Positions 19,084-28,118 of a DNA stretch of 64,000 bases are shown here, piece after piece. The stretch comes from Mycobacterium sp. (GTDB taxonomy: Bacteria; Actinomycetota; Actinomycetes; Mycobacteriales; Mycobacteriaceae): NCBI GenBank assembly GCA_020438785.1, contig JAGQTW010000214.1:2668-66667 (forward strand), written 5' to 3'. The translations under genes and the position numbers were made by a program. The notes below the pieces were generated by a model that made no database searches, was not told the DNA's origin, and saw only the letters and a program-made list of their open reading frames with translations. Every line of letters starts with the position of its first letter. Within the stretch, counting starts at the first letter, position 1.

Positions 19084-20235
19084 GTGGACCTGTCTTTCGA
19101 CGACGAAGACGTCGCCTTTCGTCGGCACGTGCGCAGCTGGCTGCGGGACAATCTGCCCACCAACCCCCGGCCCACCGACGACGCCGGTGCCCGAGCCTGG
19201 GACATGGGCTGGCAGCGCACGCAGTTCGCGGGCGGGTTCGGTGGGATCGCGTGGCCCGAGGAGTACGGCGGGCAGGGCATGTCGCTGGTGCGGCAGCTGA
19301 TCTGGTTCGAGGAGTATGCGCGCGCCAACGGTCCGGGTATCGGGTGCGCGTTCGTCGGTGTCAACCACGGCGGGCCCACGCTGATCGCCCGGGGAACCGA
19401 GGAGCAGAAGAAGCGCCATCTCCCCCGGATTCTGGCCGGCGAGGAAGTGTGGTGCCAGGGCTTCTCCGAACCGGGCGCCGGGTCCGACCTGGCTGCCATT
19501 GCCACCAGGGGCACCATCGTGGGCGACGAGCTCGTGGTGAGCGGCCAGAAGATCTGGACGAGTTTCGCCCACATGGCCGACTTCCAGGAGCTGCTCGTCC
19601 GCACCGATCCGGGCTCCACCCGCCACCACGGCCTGACCTGGGTGATCTGCGATATGCACACCCCGGGCATCACCGTGCGCCCGATCGTGTCGATGGACGG
19701 CCTGGCCGAGTTCTGCGAGGTCTTCTACGACGATGTGCGGATCCCGCTCGGCAACGTGGTTGGTTCCGTCGGCGACGGCTGGTCGGTCGCGATGTCCACC
19801 CTGGGCTTCGAGCGGGGCACCGGCTTCATGAAGTGGCAGACAGAGTTGTCCGTTGCATTGGAGACGGTGATCGACGACGCCGCGGCGCGCGGCCTGCTCA
19901 ACGATTCGGCGGTCGCAGCGCAGTTCGGCGAATTGCGCGCCGAGGTGCTCGCGATGCTGGCGATGACCTACGCGACGGTGTCCGGCGCGGCCCGCACCGA
20001 CGTGCCGGGTCCGGAGGGCTCGATGATCAAGGTGTTCTATGCCGACCTGGCGCAGCGGATCAACCGGGTGGCCATGGACCTGATCGGCCCCGAGAGCCTG
20101 GACCGCGCAGGCCGATACGCGGCGGACATTTCCGAGTACCTGTACTCGTATGCGTCCACAGTCGGCGGCGGCACCTCGGAAGTGCAGCGCGACATCATCG
20201 GCGAACGCGTCCTCGGCCTCCCGAGAAACCGGTAG
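19084..20235 (+). CDS. Acyl-CoA dehydrogenase (FadE17/FadE26/FadE29-type catalytic subunit)
   Basis: WCQGFSEPGAGSDLA, GQKIWTS, TLGFERG, GGGTSEVQR. Confidence 0.92.
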   Translation: MDLSFDDEDVAFRRHVRSWLRDNLPTNPRPTDDAGARAWDMGWQRTQFAGGFGGIAWPEEYGGQGMSLVRQLIWFEEYARANGPGIGCAFVGVNHGGPTLIARGTEEQKKRHLPRILAGEEVWCQGFSEPGAGSDLAAIATRGTIVGDELVVSGQKIWTSFAHMADFQELLVRTDPGSTRHHGLTWVICDMHTPGITVRPIVSMDGLAEFCEVFYDDVRIPLGNVVGSVGDGWSVAMSTLGFERGTGFMKWQTELSVALETVIDDAAARGLLNDSAVAAQFGELRAEVLAMLAMTYATVSGAARTDVPGPEGSMIKVFYADLAQRINRVAMDLIGPESLDRAGRYAADISEYLYSYASTVGGGTSEVQRDIIGERVLGLPRNR

Positions 20236-20244
20236 GCGAGCGCC

Positions 20245-21234
20245 ATGGACTTCCTTCCCGACTCCGACCAGCAGGCCCTGGCCGAGGCGACCCGCGACTT
20301 CGTGTCCGCGCGGTTCCCCCTGCGGGGTGGCCCGACCGAGGTCGACGAGGCCGAATGGAAGGAACTCGCCGCGATGGGCTGGCTCGGGCTGGCCGCCGGT
20401 GAGGAGATCGGTGGTGCGGGCGCGACGTTGGTCGACGAGGCCTTCCTGTTCCGCGAGATCGGCCGCGGCCTGGTGCCGGGCCCGATCCTGAGCACCCTTG
20501 CCGGCGCGCGACTGGCGTGGTGGGCGGGCCGGCCCGATCTGGCCGCCGACCTAGTCGCGGGTAACCAGCGCGTCGCCCGGGTGATTGCGGCCGATGACCG
20601 GCTGCTGGTCCTGGGACCGGGAGAGGCGCGGCTCGCCCTGGTGATCGGTGACGACGGTGCGGCGCTGCACCCCCTACCCGCGGATCCGGAGTTGCGTCCG
20701 GGCATCGAGGACGGCACCGTGGTCGCCCGCGTCGACGGTGCCGAACTCGGCGACGCCGTGGCCCGCATCGACGACGTCGGCTCGCTGTCCCGGCTGCGCA
20801 GGCTGATGCTCATCCTGACCTCGGCTCAACTCGCCGGGATCGCCCAGGCCACCACCGCTCACGCCGTCGAGCACGCTAAGACCAGGGTTCAGTTCGGCAA
20901 GCCGATCGGGGCGTTCCAGGCGATCAAGCACAAGTGTGCGGACATGGCGACCAACGCATTGGCTGCGGACAACCTGATGTTCTTCGCCGCGTTGAACGAG
21001 AGTCCGGCGGGATCCGACTTCCACGCGCTGGCGGCCGCGGCGTTCTGCCGGCGCGCCGCCTTCGCCAACGCGCGTGCCAACGTTCAGATCCACGGCGCAA
21101 TGGGTTTCACTGTGGAGACGAGCGCGCACCGTTTCGTCAAGAGAACGCACGTGCTGTGCGCCGGGGAGGACCTCGGACAGGCAGCACGACGCCTGGGCGG
21201 CCTGCGCCGCCCGAACGATAGGGAGACACTGTGA
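20245..21234 (+). CDS. Acyl-CoA dehydrogenase partner subunit (FadE18/FadE27/FadE28-type)
   Basis: Short 329-aa ACAD with RVQFGKPIGAFQAIKH and QIHGAMGFTVE, lacking the SEPxxGSD motif. Adjacent to the catalytic subunit. Confidence 0.88.
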   Translation: MDFLPDSDQQALAEATRDFVSARFPLRGGPTEVDEAEWKELAAMGWLGLAAGEEIGGAGATLVDEAFLFREIGRGLVPGPILSTLAGARLAWWAGRPDLAADLVAGNQRVARVIAADDRLLVLGPGEARLALVIGDDGAALHPLPADPELRPGIEDGTVVARVDGAELGDAVARIDDVGSLSRLRRLMLILTSAQLAGIAQATTAHAVEHAKTRVQFGKPIGAFQAIKHKCADMATNALAADNLMFFAALNESPAGSDFHALAAAAFCRRAAFANARANVQIHGAMGFTVETSAHRFVKRTHVLCAGEDLGQAARRLGGLRRPNDRETL

Positions 21235-22004
21235 CCGCAACCGAGTTGAAGACCGAGAACATCGCCGGTGTCGGTGTCGTCACGCTGAACCGCCCGCACC
21301 GGCACAACGCGATCACCGACTCGCTGTTCGAGCAGATGCGCGATGCGGTCTACCAGACCCTCGACGATCCGGCGGTGCGCTGTGTGTTGCTTCGCGGCGA
21401 GGGCCCGTCGTTCTGCTCCGGCCGCGACACCGCCGAGTTGGGTCAACGGGTCGACGGCAAGGACGACTTCACCTTCGTGCGCGAGCACCAACGGCTGCGG
21501 CTGGACATGCTCGAATCGCCCAAGCCGATCGTCGCCGCGGTCCAGGGCGCCGCAATCGGCGGCGGCTTCGAGATCGCGCTGAGCGCCGACATCCGCATCA
21601 TCGCCGACAACGCCGTATTCGCACTGCCCGAGGTGGGCCTGGGGCTGGTTCCCGACACCGGCGGAACCCAGATCCTGCCCGCCCTGATCGGTCCGGCCCG
21701 CGCCAAGTACCTCGTACTCAGCGGTGCCCGCATCGACGCGGCGACGGCGTATGCCTGGGGGCTGGCCGAAGAGGTCGTCCCCGCGGCCCACCTCACCGAA
21801 CGGGCGATGCAGCTCTGCCAGCGGCTGGCGGCACAGCCGGTGCTCGCGATGTCGATGGGCAAGCTCCTGGTGAACCAGGCCTCGGCGGGCGCCATCCGCA
21901 ACGGGTTCGGCCAGGAGTTGCTGGCCCAGACCGCGCTGTTCAGCTCCGAGGAGTACCACCAGATCAAGAACCGGGCCTCCCAGGCCCGGCGCGAGGGCAG
22001 CTGA
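21231..22004 (+). CDS. Enoyl-CoA hydratase/isomerase
   Basis: VTLNRPHRHNA, SFCSGRD, GGGFEIAL, LPEVGLG. Confidence 0.92.
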   Translation: MTATELKTENIAGVGVVTLNRPHRHNAITDSLFEQMRDAVYQTLDDPAVRCVLLRGEGPSFCSGRDTAELGQRVDGKDDFTFVREHQRLRLDMLESPKPIVAAVQGAAIGGGFEIALSADIRIIADNAVFALPEVGLGLVPDTGGTQILPALIGPARAKYLVLSGARIDAATAYAWGLAEEVVPAAHLTERAMQLCQRLAAQPVLAMSMGKLLVNQASAGAIRNGFGQELLAQTALFSSEEYHQIKNRASQARREGS

Positions 22005-22005
22005 C

Positions 22006-22854
22006 ATGCCACTGCCGCCGCCGCCGCCGCTGGGCTCCCACATGCTCCCCGCGGACACCTATGCCGGTCAGGTGGTCGTCGTCACCGGCGGTGGTACCGG
22101 CCTGGGCAAGGCGATGGCGGTGGAGTTCGCCCGGCTGGGTGCGGCGGTGGTGATCGCCAGCCGTAAACCGGAGCACCGGGACAGCGGCGTGCGCGCGATC
22201 GAGGCGCTGGGTGCCAAGGCGCTGGGCGTCGCGCTCGACGTCCGCGACCCGGACGCGATCACGGCGATGTTCGACGCGGCCGAAGAAGCGCTGGGTCCGG
22301 CGGATGTGCTGATCAACAATGCGGCCGGCAATTTCCCGGCCCAGGCGGTCAAGATGTCGCCCAACGCCTGGCGCAGCGTGGTGGACATCGTGCTCAACGG
22401 GACATTCCTGTGCAGCACCGAGTTCGCCCGGCGGGCACTGGCCCGGTCGGCACCGGGAGCGATCCTCAACATCGGGGCCACCTACTCCTGGACCGGTGGG
22501 CCGGGAACCGCCCACTCGGCGGCGGCCAAGGCCGGGGTCACCAACCTGACCCAGTCATTGGCCGTGGAATGGGCACCCCACGGCATCCGGGTGAACTGCC
22601 TGGCACCCGGCAAGTTCCCGCACGACGACCTGCCCGAGGTGTTGCGCAAGACGTCCACCCCGGAACAGGACGCGGGGCGCATCCCCGGCGGACGGGTGGG
22701 CGAGCCGCGCGAACTCGGTTGGGCCGCAACGTACCTGTGCTCGCCGTTCGCCAGCTATCTCACCGGCCACACCCTGGTCCTCGACGGCGCGAACTGGCTG
22801 CGCCGCAGCCTCACCATGCCAGAATTCACCTCCATCGAAGAGCAACTGCCCTGA
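22006..22854 (+). CDS. SDR oxidoreductase, 2,4-dienoyl-CoA reductase-like
   Basis: TGGGTGLG, LINNAAGNF, and HSAAAKAGV in place of YxxxK, as in DECR/TER-type SDRs. Confidence 0.85.
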   Translation: MPLPPPPPLGSHMLPADTYAGQVVVVTGGGTGLGKAMAVEFARLGAAVVIASRKPEHRDSGVRAIEALGAKALGVALDVRDPDAITAMFDAAEEALGPADVLINNAAGNFPAQAVKMSPNAWRSVVDIVLNGTFLCSTEFARRALARSAPGAILNIGATYSWTGGPGTAHSAAAKAGVTNLTQSLAVEWAPHGIRVNCLAPGKFPHDDLPEVLRKTSTPEQDAGRIPGGRVGEPRELGWAATYLCSPFASYLTGHTLVLDGANWLRRSLTMPEFTSIEEQLP

Positions 22855-24494
22855 TGACCTCCAGCACCCTGATGACCGCTGACTTTCCGGTGTGGTCCCC
22901 GACGCGGACCGACACGGTGACCGCGGTGCTGGCGCGAGCCGCCGAGGAGTCTCCCGACAAGGTCTATCTGGACTTCGCCGGTGACACCTACACCTACGCC
23001 CAGGTGTGGAAGCTGTCGCTTCAGCGCGCCGCTGCCTTGGCCACCCTCGGGATCGTCCCGAACGACACCGTGGTGTGCATGCTCGACAACAACCTCGACG
23101 CGATCATCACCTGGTTTGCCGCCAATTTCCTCGGCGCCATCTGGGTTCCGGTGAACACCGCCCTCAAGGGAGAGTATCTTCGGCACCAGGTCGCCGACGC
23201 TGGCGCCGAAGTCGTGATCGCCGAGTCCGACTATGCGCAGCGCATATGCGAGATCGCCGCGCAACTACCGGCACTCAGCCACCTGGTGGTCCGCGGAGTG
23301 GCCCCGAGAACGGCCGCCGGAGCAGCCCTGTCGGTCGTCTCGTTGCCCGAGATTGCAGCGGGGTCCGCCCTGTCGCAACCGGTGCAGGTCGAGCCGTCGG
23401 ACCTGTCGATGCTGATCTACACCTCGGGCACCACCGGCCCGTCCAAGGGCTGCATGATCAGTCACAACTACATCTGCAACGTCGCCGCCAACACCGCAGC
23501 CATGCGGGACCCGGCGTTCACGCTGTGGACGCCGCTGCCGTTGTTCCACCTCAATGCGGCGGGCACGTCGGTGCTGGCCACTGCGGTCAATCGGACCACG
23601 TTGTCGATCGCCCCCAGGTTCTCGCTGTCCGGATTCTGGTCGGAGATCAAACGGTCCGGCGCGCAGCAGGTTTCGATCCTGGGGACGATGATCACGCTGA
23701 TCGCCGCCATGCCGGACACCCCGGAAATGGCAGCGTGCTTCGGGCAGATCAAGCATGCCGGCGGCGCACCGTGGACCCCAGAGCTCATCGACACCTGGAG
23801 GCGGCGGTTTGGAGTGCAGAAGGCGGGCAACTCGGTGTTCGGCCTCACCGAGGCCTCGTTCATCACCAGCAATCCGGGTGGTTTGACCGCCCCACTGGGC
23901 GCATCGGGGCGGCGCAATGAGGACTTCGATGTTCGCATCGTCGACGACAACGACAACGAACTGCCCGACGGTCAGGCCGGGGAGATCATCGTCCGTCCGC
24001 GCAAGCCACACGTGATGTTCGAGGGGTACTGGCGGCGACCGGAGGCGACCATGGCGGTGCTGCGCAACCTGTGGTTCCACACCGGCGACATCGGACGGTT
24101 CGACGACGACGGCTGGTTCTGGTTCGTCGACCGCAAAAAGGACTACCTGCGCCGGCGCGGGGAGAACATCTCCAGCTACGAATTGGAGTCCACCTTCCGC
24201 AGGCATCCCGGGATCGCGGACGTCGCAGTCCACGCGGTGCCGTCCGCGCTCACCGAGGATGACATCAAGGTGACCGCCGTCCTGGCCGAAGACGCGGGGC
24301 TGACCGAGGAGGACTTGTGCCGCTGGTCGCTGGACCGGTTGCCCTACTTCGCGGTGCCGCGCTACATCGAATTCCGGTCCACGCTGCCGCGCAACGCGAC
24401 CGGCAAGGTGCTCAAGGTCCAACTCCGCGACGAAGGCGTCACCCCGGCCACCTGGGACATCGAGACGTCCGACATTCAGGTCGTCAAGCGATGA
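22854..24494 (+). CDS. Acyl-CoA ligase (CaiC-like)
   Basis: YTSGTTGPSKG, FGLTE, WFHTGD, RRRGENISS, LPRNATGKV. TGATG overlap with the SDR. Confidence 0.9.
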   Translation: MTSSTLMTADFPVWSPTRTDTVTAVLARAAEESPDKVYLDFAGDTYTYAQVWKLSLQRAAALATLGIVPNDTVVCMLDNNLDAIITWFAANFLGAIWVPVNTALKGEYLRHQVADAGAEVVIAESDYAQRICEIAAQLPALSHLVVRGVAPRTAAGAALSVVSLPEIAAGSALSQPVQVEPSDLSMLIYTSGTTGPSKGCMISHNYICNVAANTAAMRDPAFTLWTPLPLFHLNAAGTSVLATAVNRTTLSIAPRFSLSGFWSEIKRSGAQQVSILGTMITLIAAMPDTPEMAACFGQIKHAGGAPWTPELIDTWRRRFGVQKAGNSVFGLTEASFITSNPGGLTAPLGASGRRNEDFDVRIVDDNDNELPDGQAGEIIVRPRKPHVMFEGYWRRPEATMAVLRNLWFHTGDIGRFDDDGWFWFVDRKKDYLRRRGENISSYELESTFRRHPGIADVAVHAVPSALTEDDIKVTAVLAEDAGLTEEDLCRWSLDRLPYFAVPRYIEFRSTLPRNATGKVLKVQLRDEGVTPATWDIETSDIQVVKR

Positions 24495-24528
24495 GGTCGC
24501 GTCCGCTCACTCTTGAGGAGCCACGAAC

Positions 24529-26157
24529 ATGACACAGGTACAACCAACGAGGGCCGATACTGGCGCTCAACGAGTTGTCATCCTCGACGGTACCGCCGGG
24601 CTTTCGCGGGAGTTACTGGGCAACAAGGGCTTCGGCATCGACGGGATGCGCCGCAACGGTCTTCCCGTACCGCCGGCGTTCTGCATCACCACCGCCGTGT
24701 GTACCGACTGGTTCACCAACCCCGACCACACCCTTGATGCCGTCGTACGCGATTCGATACGAGAGAGGATCGCCTGGCTCGAGCACGAGACCGGACGGAC
24801 CTTCGGACGCGGCCCGAAGCCGCTCCTGGTGAGTGTCCGCAGCGGGGCGGCGCAATCGATGCCGGGCATGCTCGACACCATCCTGAACCTCGGCATCAAT
24901 GACGAGGTCGAGCAAGCCTTGGCCGAGTTGCACACACCCGAGTTCGCCCGCGACACCCGGGAGCGCTTCCGGCACATGTACACCCGCATCGTCGGCAGCG
25001 CGCTCCCCGAGACGAGCGTTCCCGACGATCCCTACCATCAGTTGCGGGGCGCCATCAACGCGGTGTTCGCATCGTGGAGCAGCGACCGCGCGGTCGCCTA
25101 TCGCAACCACCATCGGCTGGACCCCGCCGCCGGAACAGCGGTCGTCATCCAGGCCATGGTGTTCGGCAACATGGCGCACAAGTCCGGCACCGGTGTGCTG
25201 TTCTCCCGCAACCCGATGACGGGTGCGAATCAACCGTTCGGTGAATGGCTTCCCGGCGGCCAGGGCGAGGACGTCGTGTCCGGCACCTTCGACGTCGAAC
25301 CCATCACCGCGCTGCACAACGAGCAGCCGAAGGTCTACGCCGACCTGATGGCGGCCGCGGTCAAGCTCGAGCATCTCGCCACCGACGTCCAGGACATCGA
25401 GTTCACGGTCGAAGAGGGCAAGCTCTGGCTGCTGCAGACGCGCAACGCCAAACGCTCCGCGCAAGCGGCGGTAAGGCTGGCCCTGCAGTTCCGGCACGAG
25501 GGCCTCATCGACGACGAGGAGACGCTGCGCCGGGTACAGCCTGCCCACATCGAGTCGCTGTTGATGCCCGCCCTCCAGCCGGAAACCCGTTTGGCCGCGC
25601 CGCTTTTGGCCAACGGGCTGCCCGCCTGCCCGGGTGTCGTCTCCGGCCGCGCCTACTGTGACGTCGATGAGGCCATCGACGCTGCGGACGAGGGTCTAGA
25701 CGTCATCCTGGTGCGCAACCACACCAGTCCGGACGACGTGTCCGGCATGCTCGCCGCCCGTGGCATCGTCACCGAGGTCGGCGGTGCCACCAGTCACGCC
25801 GCGGTGGTCAGCCGGGAGTTGGGACGTCCTTCGGTGGTGGGCTGCGGGGCCGGGGTGGCCGAGGCGCTGGCCGGCAAGCTGATCACCGTCGACGGCACCG
25901 AAGGTGAAGTACGCGAAGGCATCCTGGAGCTGCAGGCATGGTCGGAGCGGGACAACCCCGACCTTCGCGAGCTCGACGATATCGCACGCCGGATCGCCCC
26001 ACTGCGGGCACATCTCGACGGCGAGCATCCGGTTCTGGCCGGGGTGAGCCCCGATGCGGTGCGCGGGGCGCTGGCCGCCGGGCACACCGACGTGGTGTCG
26101 GATCGTCCGTTGTTGGTCATGCTCACCGCACTCGCCGTCGTCGGCGACGAGAGTTAG
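24529..26157 (+). CDS. ppdK: Short pyruvate phosphate dikinase (ATP-grasp + phospho-His domains, no pyruvate-binding barrel)
   Basis: LLGNKG, PVPPAFCITT, VSVRSGAAQSMPGMLDT, QAMVFGN, QGEDVVSG, QDIEFT..LLQTR, and GGATSHAAVVSR. Ends at 542 aa, similar to the short mycobacterial Rv1127c type. Confidence 0.85.
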   Translation: MTQVQPTRADTGAQRVVILDGTAGLSRELLGNKGFGIDGMRRNGLPVPPAFCITTAVCTDWFTNPDHTLDAVVRDSIRERIAWLEHETGRTFGRGPKPLLVSVRSGAAQSMPGMLDTILNLGINDEVEQALAELHTPEFARDTRERFRHMYTRIVGSALPETSVPDDPYHQLRGAINAVFASWSSDRAVAYRNHHRLDPAAGTAVVIQAMVFGNMAHKSGTGVLFSRNPMTGANQPFGEWLPGGQGEDVVSGTFDVEPITALHNEQPKVYADLMAAAVKLEHLATDVQDIEFTVEEGKLWLLQTRNAKRSAQAAVRLALQFRHEGLIDDEETLRRVQPAHIESLLMPALQPETRLAAPLLANGLPACPGVVSGRAYCDVDEAIDAADEGLDVILVRNHTSPDDVSGMLAARGIVTEVGGATSHAAVVSRELGRPSVVGCGAGVAEALAGKLITVDGTEGEVREGILELQAWSERDNPDLRELDDIARRIAPLRAHLDGEHPVLAGVSPDAVRGALAAGHTDVVSDRPLLVMLTALAVVGDES

Positions 26158-26167
26158 GAGATCCGGC

Positions 26168-27013
26168 ATGGGCCGCGTAGCAGGCAAGGTCGCTTTCGTC
26201 ACGGGAGCCGCCCGCGGCCAGGGCCGAAGCCACGCCGTGCATCTGGCCGAGGAGGGTGCCGACATCATCGCCGTCGACATCTGCCAGAACATCACCAGCA
26301 ACGAATATCCGCTGGCCGGTCCGGAAGATCTCGACGAGACCGCCAGACTGGTGGAGAAGTACAACCGGCGGATCGTTCCGATTCAGGCCGATGTCCGTGA
26401 ACGCAGGGAACTCGCCGCAGCGCTCGATGAGGGCATCGCCCAACTGGGCGGCCTGGACATCGTCGTGGCCAACGCCGGTATCTGCCCACTCGGTGAGCAC
26501 ACCACTCCCGACGCGTTCGTCGACGCCGTCGACGTGGATCTCATCGGAGTGCTCAACGCCGTGCACGTCTCGTTGCCCCATCTCAGCGAGGGCGCATCGA
26601 TCATCATCACCGGTTCGGTGGCCGGGCTGCTCTCCAGTTCGTCATCGGGATCCGGCCCACAAGGCCTCGGCGGAGCCGGCTACAGCATGGCCAAGCGGAT
26701 GCTCGTCGAATACAGCACCACGTTGGCGCGCCGGCTCGCTCCGCGGATGATCCGGGTCAACACGATCCACCCGACGAACTGCAACACCGACATGCTGCAG
26801 AGCCTGCCGATGTACCGCGCCTTCCGGCCGGATCTGTCCGACCCGACGCCGGAGGAGGCGATCGACGGCTTCTCGGGCATGCAGGCCATGCCGATCCCCT
26901 GGGTCGAGCCGTCCGACATCTCCCATGCGGTGGTCTACTTCGCCTCGGACGAATCCCGTTACGTCACCGGCATGCAGTTCCGTGTCGACGGCGGAGCAAC
27001 GCTCATGCGCTAG
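26168..27013 (+). CDS. Mycofactocin-coupled SDR (carveol dehydrogenase-like)
   Basis: TGAARGQGRSHAVHLAEEGADIIAVDIC, YSMAK, IRVNTIHPTNCNTDM. Confidence 0.9.
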   Translation: MGRVAGKVAFVTGAARGQGRSHAVHLAEEGADIIAVDICQNITSNEYPLAGPEDLDETARLVEKYNRRIVPIQADVRERRELAAALDEGIAQLGGLDIVVANAGICPLGEHTTPDAFVDAVDVDLIGVLNAVHVSLPHLSEGASIIITGSVAGLLSSSSSGSGPQGLGGAGYSMAKRMLVEYSTTLARRLAPRMIRVNTIHPTNCNTDMLQSLPMYRAFRPDLSDPTPEEAIDGFSGMQAMPIPWVEPSDISHAVVYFASDESRYVTGMQFRVDGGATLMR

Positions 27014-27046
27014 GGGTGCACCGGCGGATCCGATTGGGGAACAGCA

Positions 27047-28111
27047 ATGAACGAACGAACGCCGACCGCAGAGGTGGCGGCAGGACCGCGCCGGGTGCCC
27101 CCCGGCTGGCGGGTGAGGTTCGCCCACCACCGGATAACCCTGGACGACGGCCACCGCATCGGCGTGTCGGTCGGCGGCCGCGGCGTCCCCCTGGTGTTCT
27201 TCCACGGCATCGGGATGAACCGCCGCGCCTACCTGCGACTGCTGAATCGGCTGCCGCAGTTGGGCTTCCTGGTCGTCGCGATCGACGCACCCGGCCACGG
27301 CGACAGCCTGGCCCCGCCTCGGGGTCAGGACACCTTCGGCCGCCGCGTCGCCATCACCGAGCGCGTGCTCGACGCCCTCGGCATCGAGCGTGGGGTACTC
27401 GTCGGCCACAGCATGGGTGGCCGCACCGCCGCCGAACTGGCCGCACGCCGGCCCGAGCGAACGCTGGCGGTGGTGTTGATCGACCCGGCGCTCGGCGATG
27501 AGTTCGACGAGGACCGCAGTCGGGTGCGCTCACCGCTGAAGCTCGGTGCCGGCCTCGCCGCCGGTGTCGCGGACCTCGCCCGGGACCGGGTGGGGCTGAA
27601 AACCTTCGACTACGTCTACCACGTACAGAACGTGGGTTCGGTCATGATGCGTACGCTGCTGCGTCCCGGCGACTTCATGGCGGCCGCAAAGGCCATCGCC
27701 TCAGCGGATCTCAGCGCCATCGCCTTGCGGCGGATCGCCCACAACAGGACGCCGGTGGCCATCGTGCACGGCGAGAAGGACATGCTGGTGTCGCTGCAAT
27801 CCGCGGCGGGCGCGGCACATCTCAGCGGTGCGGCACTCGTCACCCTGCCGCGTGCTTTCCACTCGTGGGTGCTTACCACGCCCTGGACGTTCTCGGCGAT
27901 CATGGCGCAGCTGCTGGCCGAACGCAGGCTCGGACCCGACTTGTACAAGGCGCTGGCTCGTTGCGCCGCAACAACACCCACGCCCGAGAAGCCCGGGACA
28001 CTGTATCGGCGGGGCGCTCCGGCGCTGTCGATGGCACCGCCGTTGAGCGTCATCGGCGCCGCCGAGCCGCGGCAGCAGCATCGCTTCCACGAGTTCCGAA
28101 TCTGGGAGTAG
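27047..28111 (+). CDS. Alpha/beta hydrolase (paralogue of 46072..47184)
   Basis: PLVFFHGIGMN, IDAPGHG, GHSMGG, VHGEKD, AFHSW. Confidence 0.85.
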   Translation: MNERTPTAEVAAGPRRVPPGWRVRFAHHRITLDDGHRIGVSVGGRGVPLVFFHGIGMNRRAYLRLLNRLPQLGFLVVAIDAPGHGDSLAPPRGQDTFGRRVAITERVLDALGIERGVLVGHSMGGRTAAELAARRPERTLAVVLIDPALGDEFDEDRSRVRSPLKLGAGLAAGVADLARDRVGLKTFDYVYHVQNVGSVMMRTLLRPGDFMAAAKAIASADLSAIALRRIAHNRTPVAIVHGEKDMLVSLQSAAGAAHLSGAALVTLPRAFHSWVLTTPWTFSAIMAQLLAERRLGPDLYKALARCAATTPTPEKPGTLYRRGAPALSMAPPLSVIGAAEPRQQHRFHEFRIWE

Positions 28112-28118
28112 CGCAGAC

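Noticed and set aside
22015-22029. (CCG)5 repeat as a phase-variable tract
   Set aside because: In-frame poly-proline at the SDR N-terminus. Too short, and a triplet, so slippage would not frameshift.
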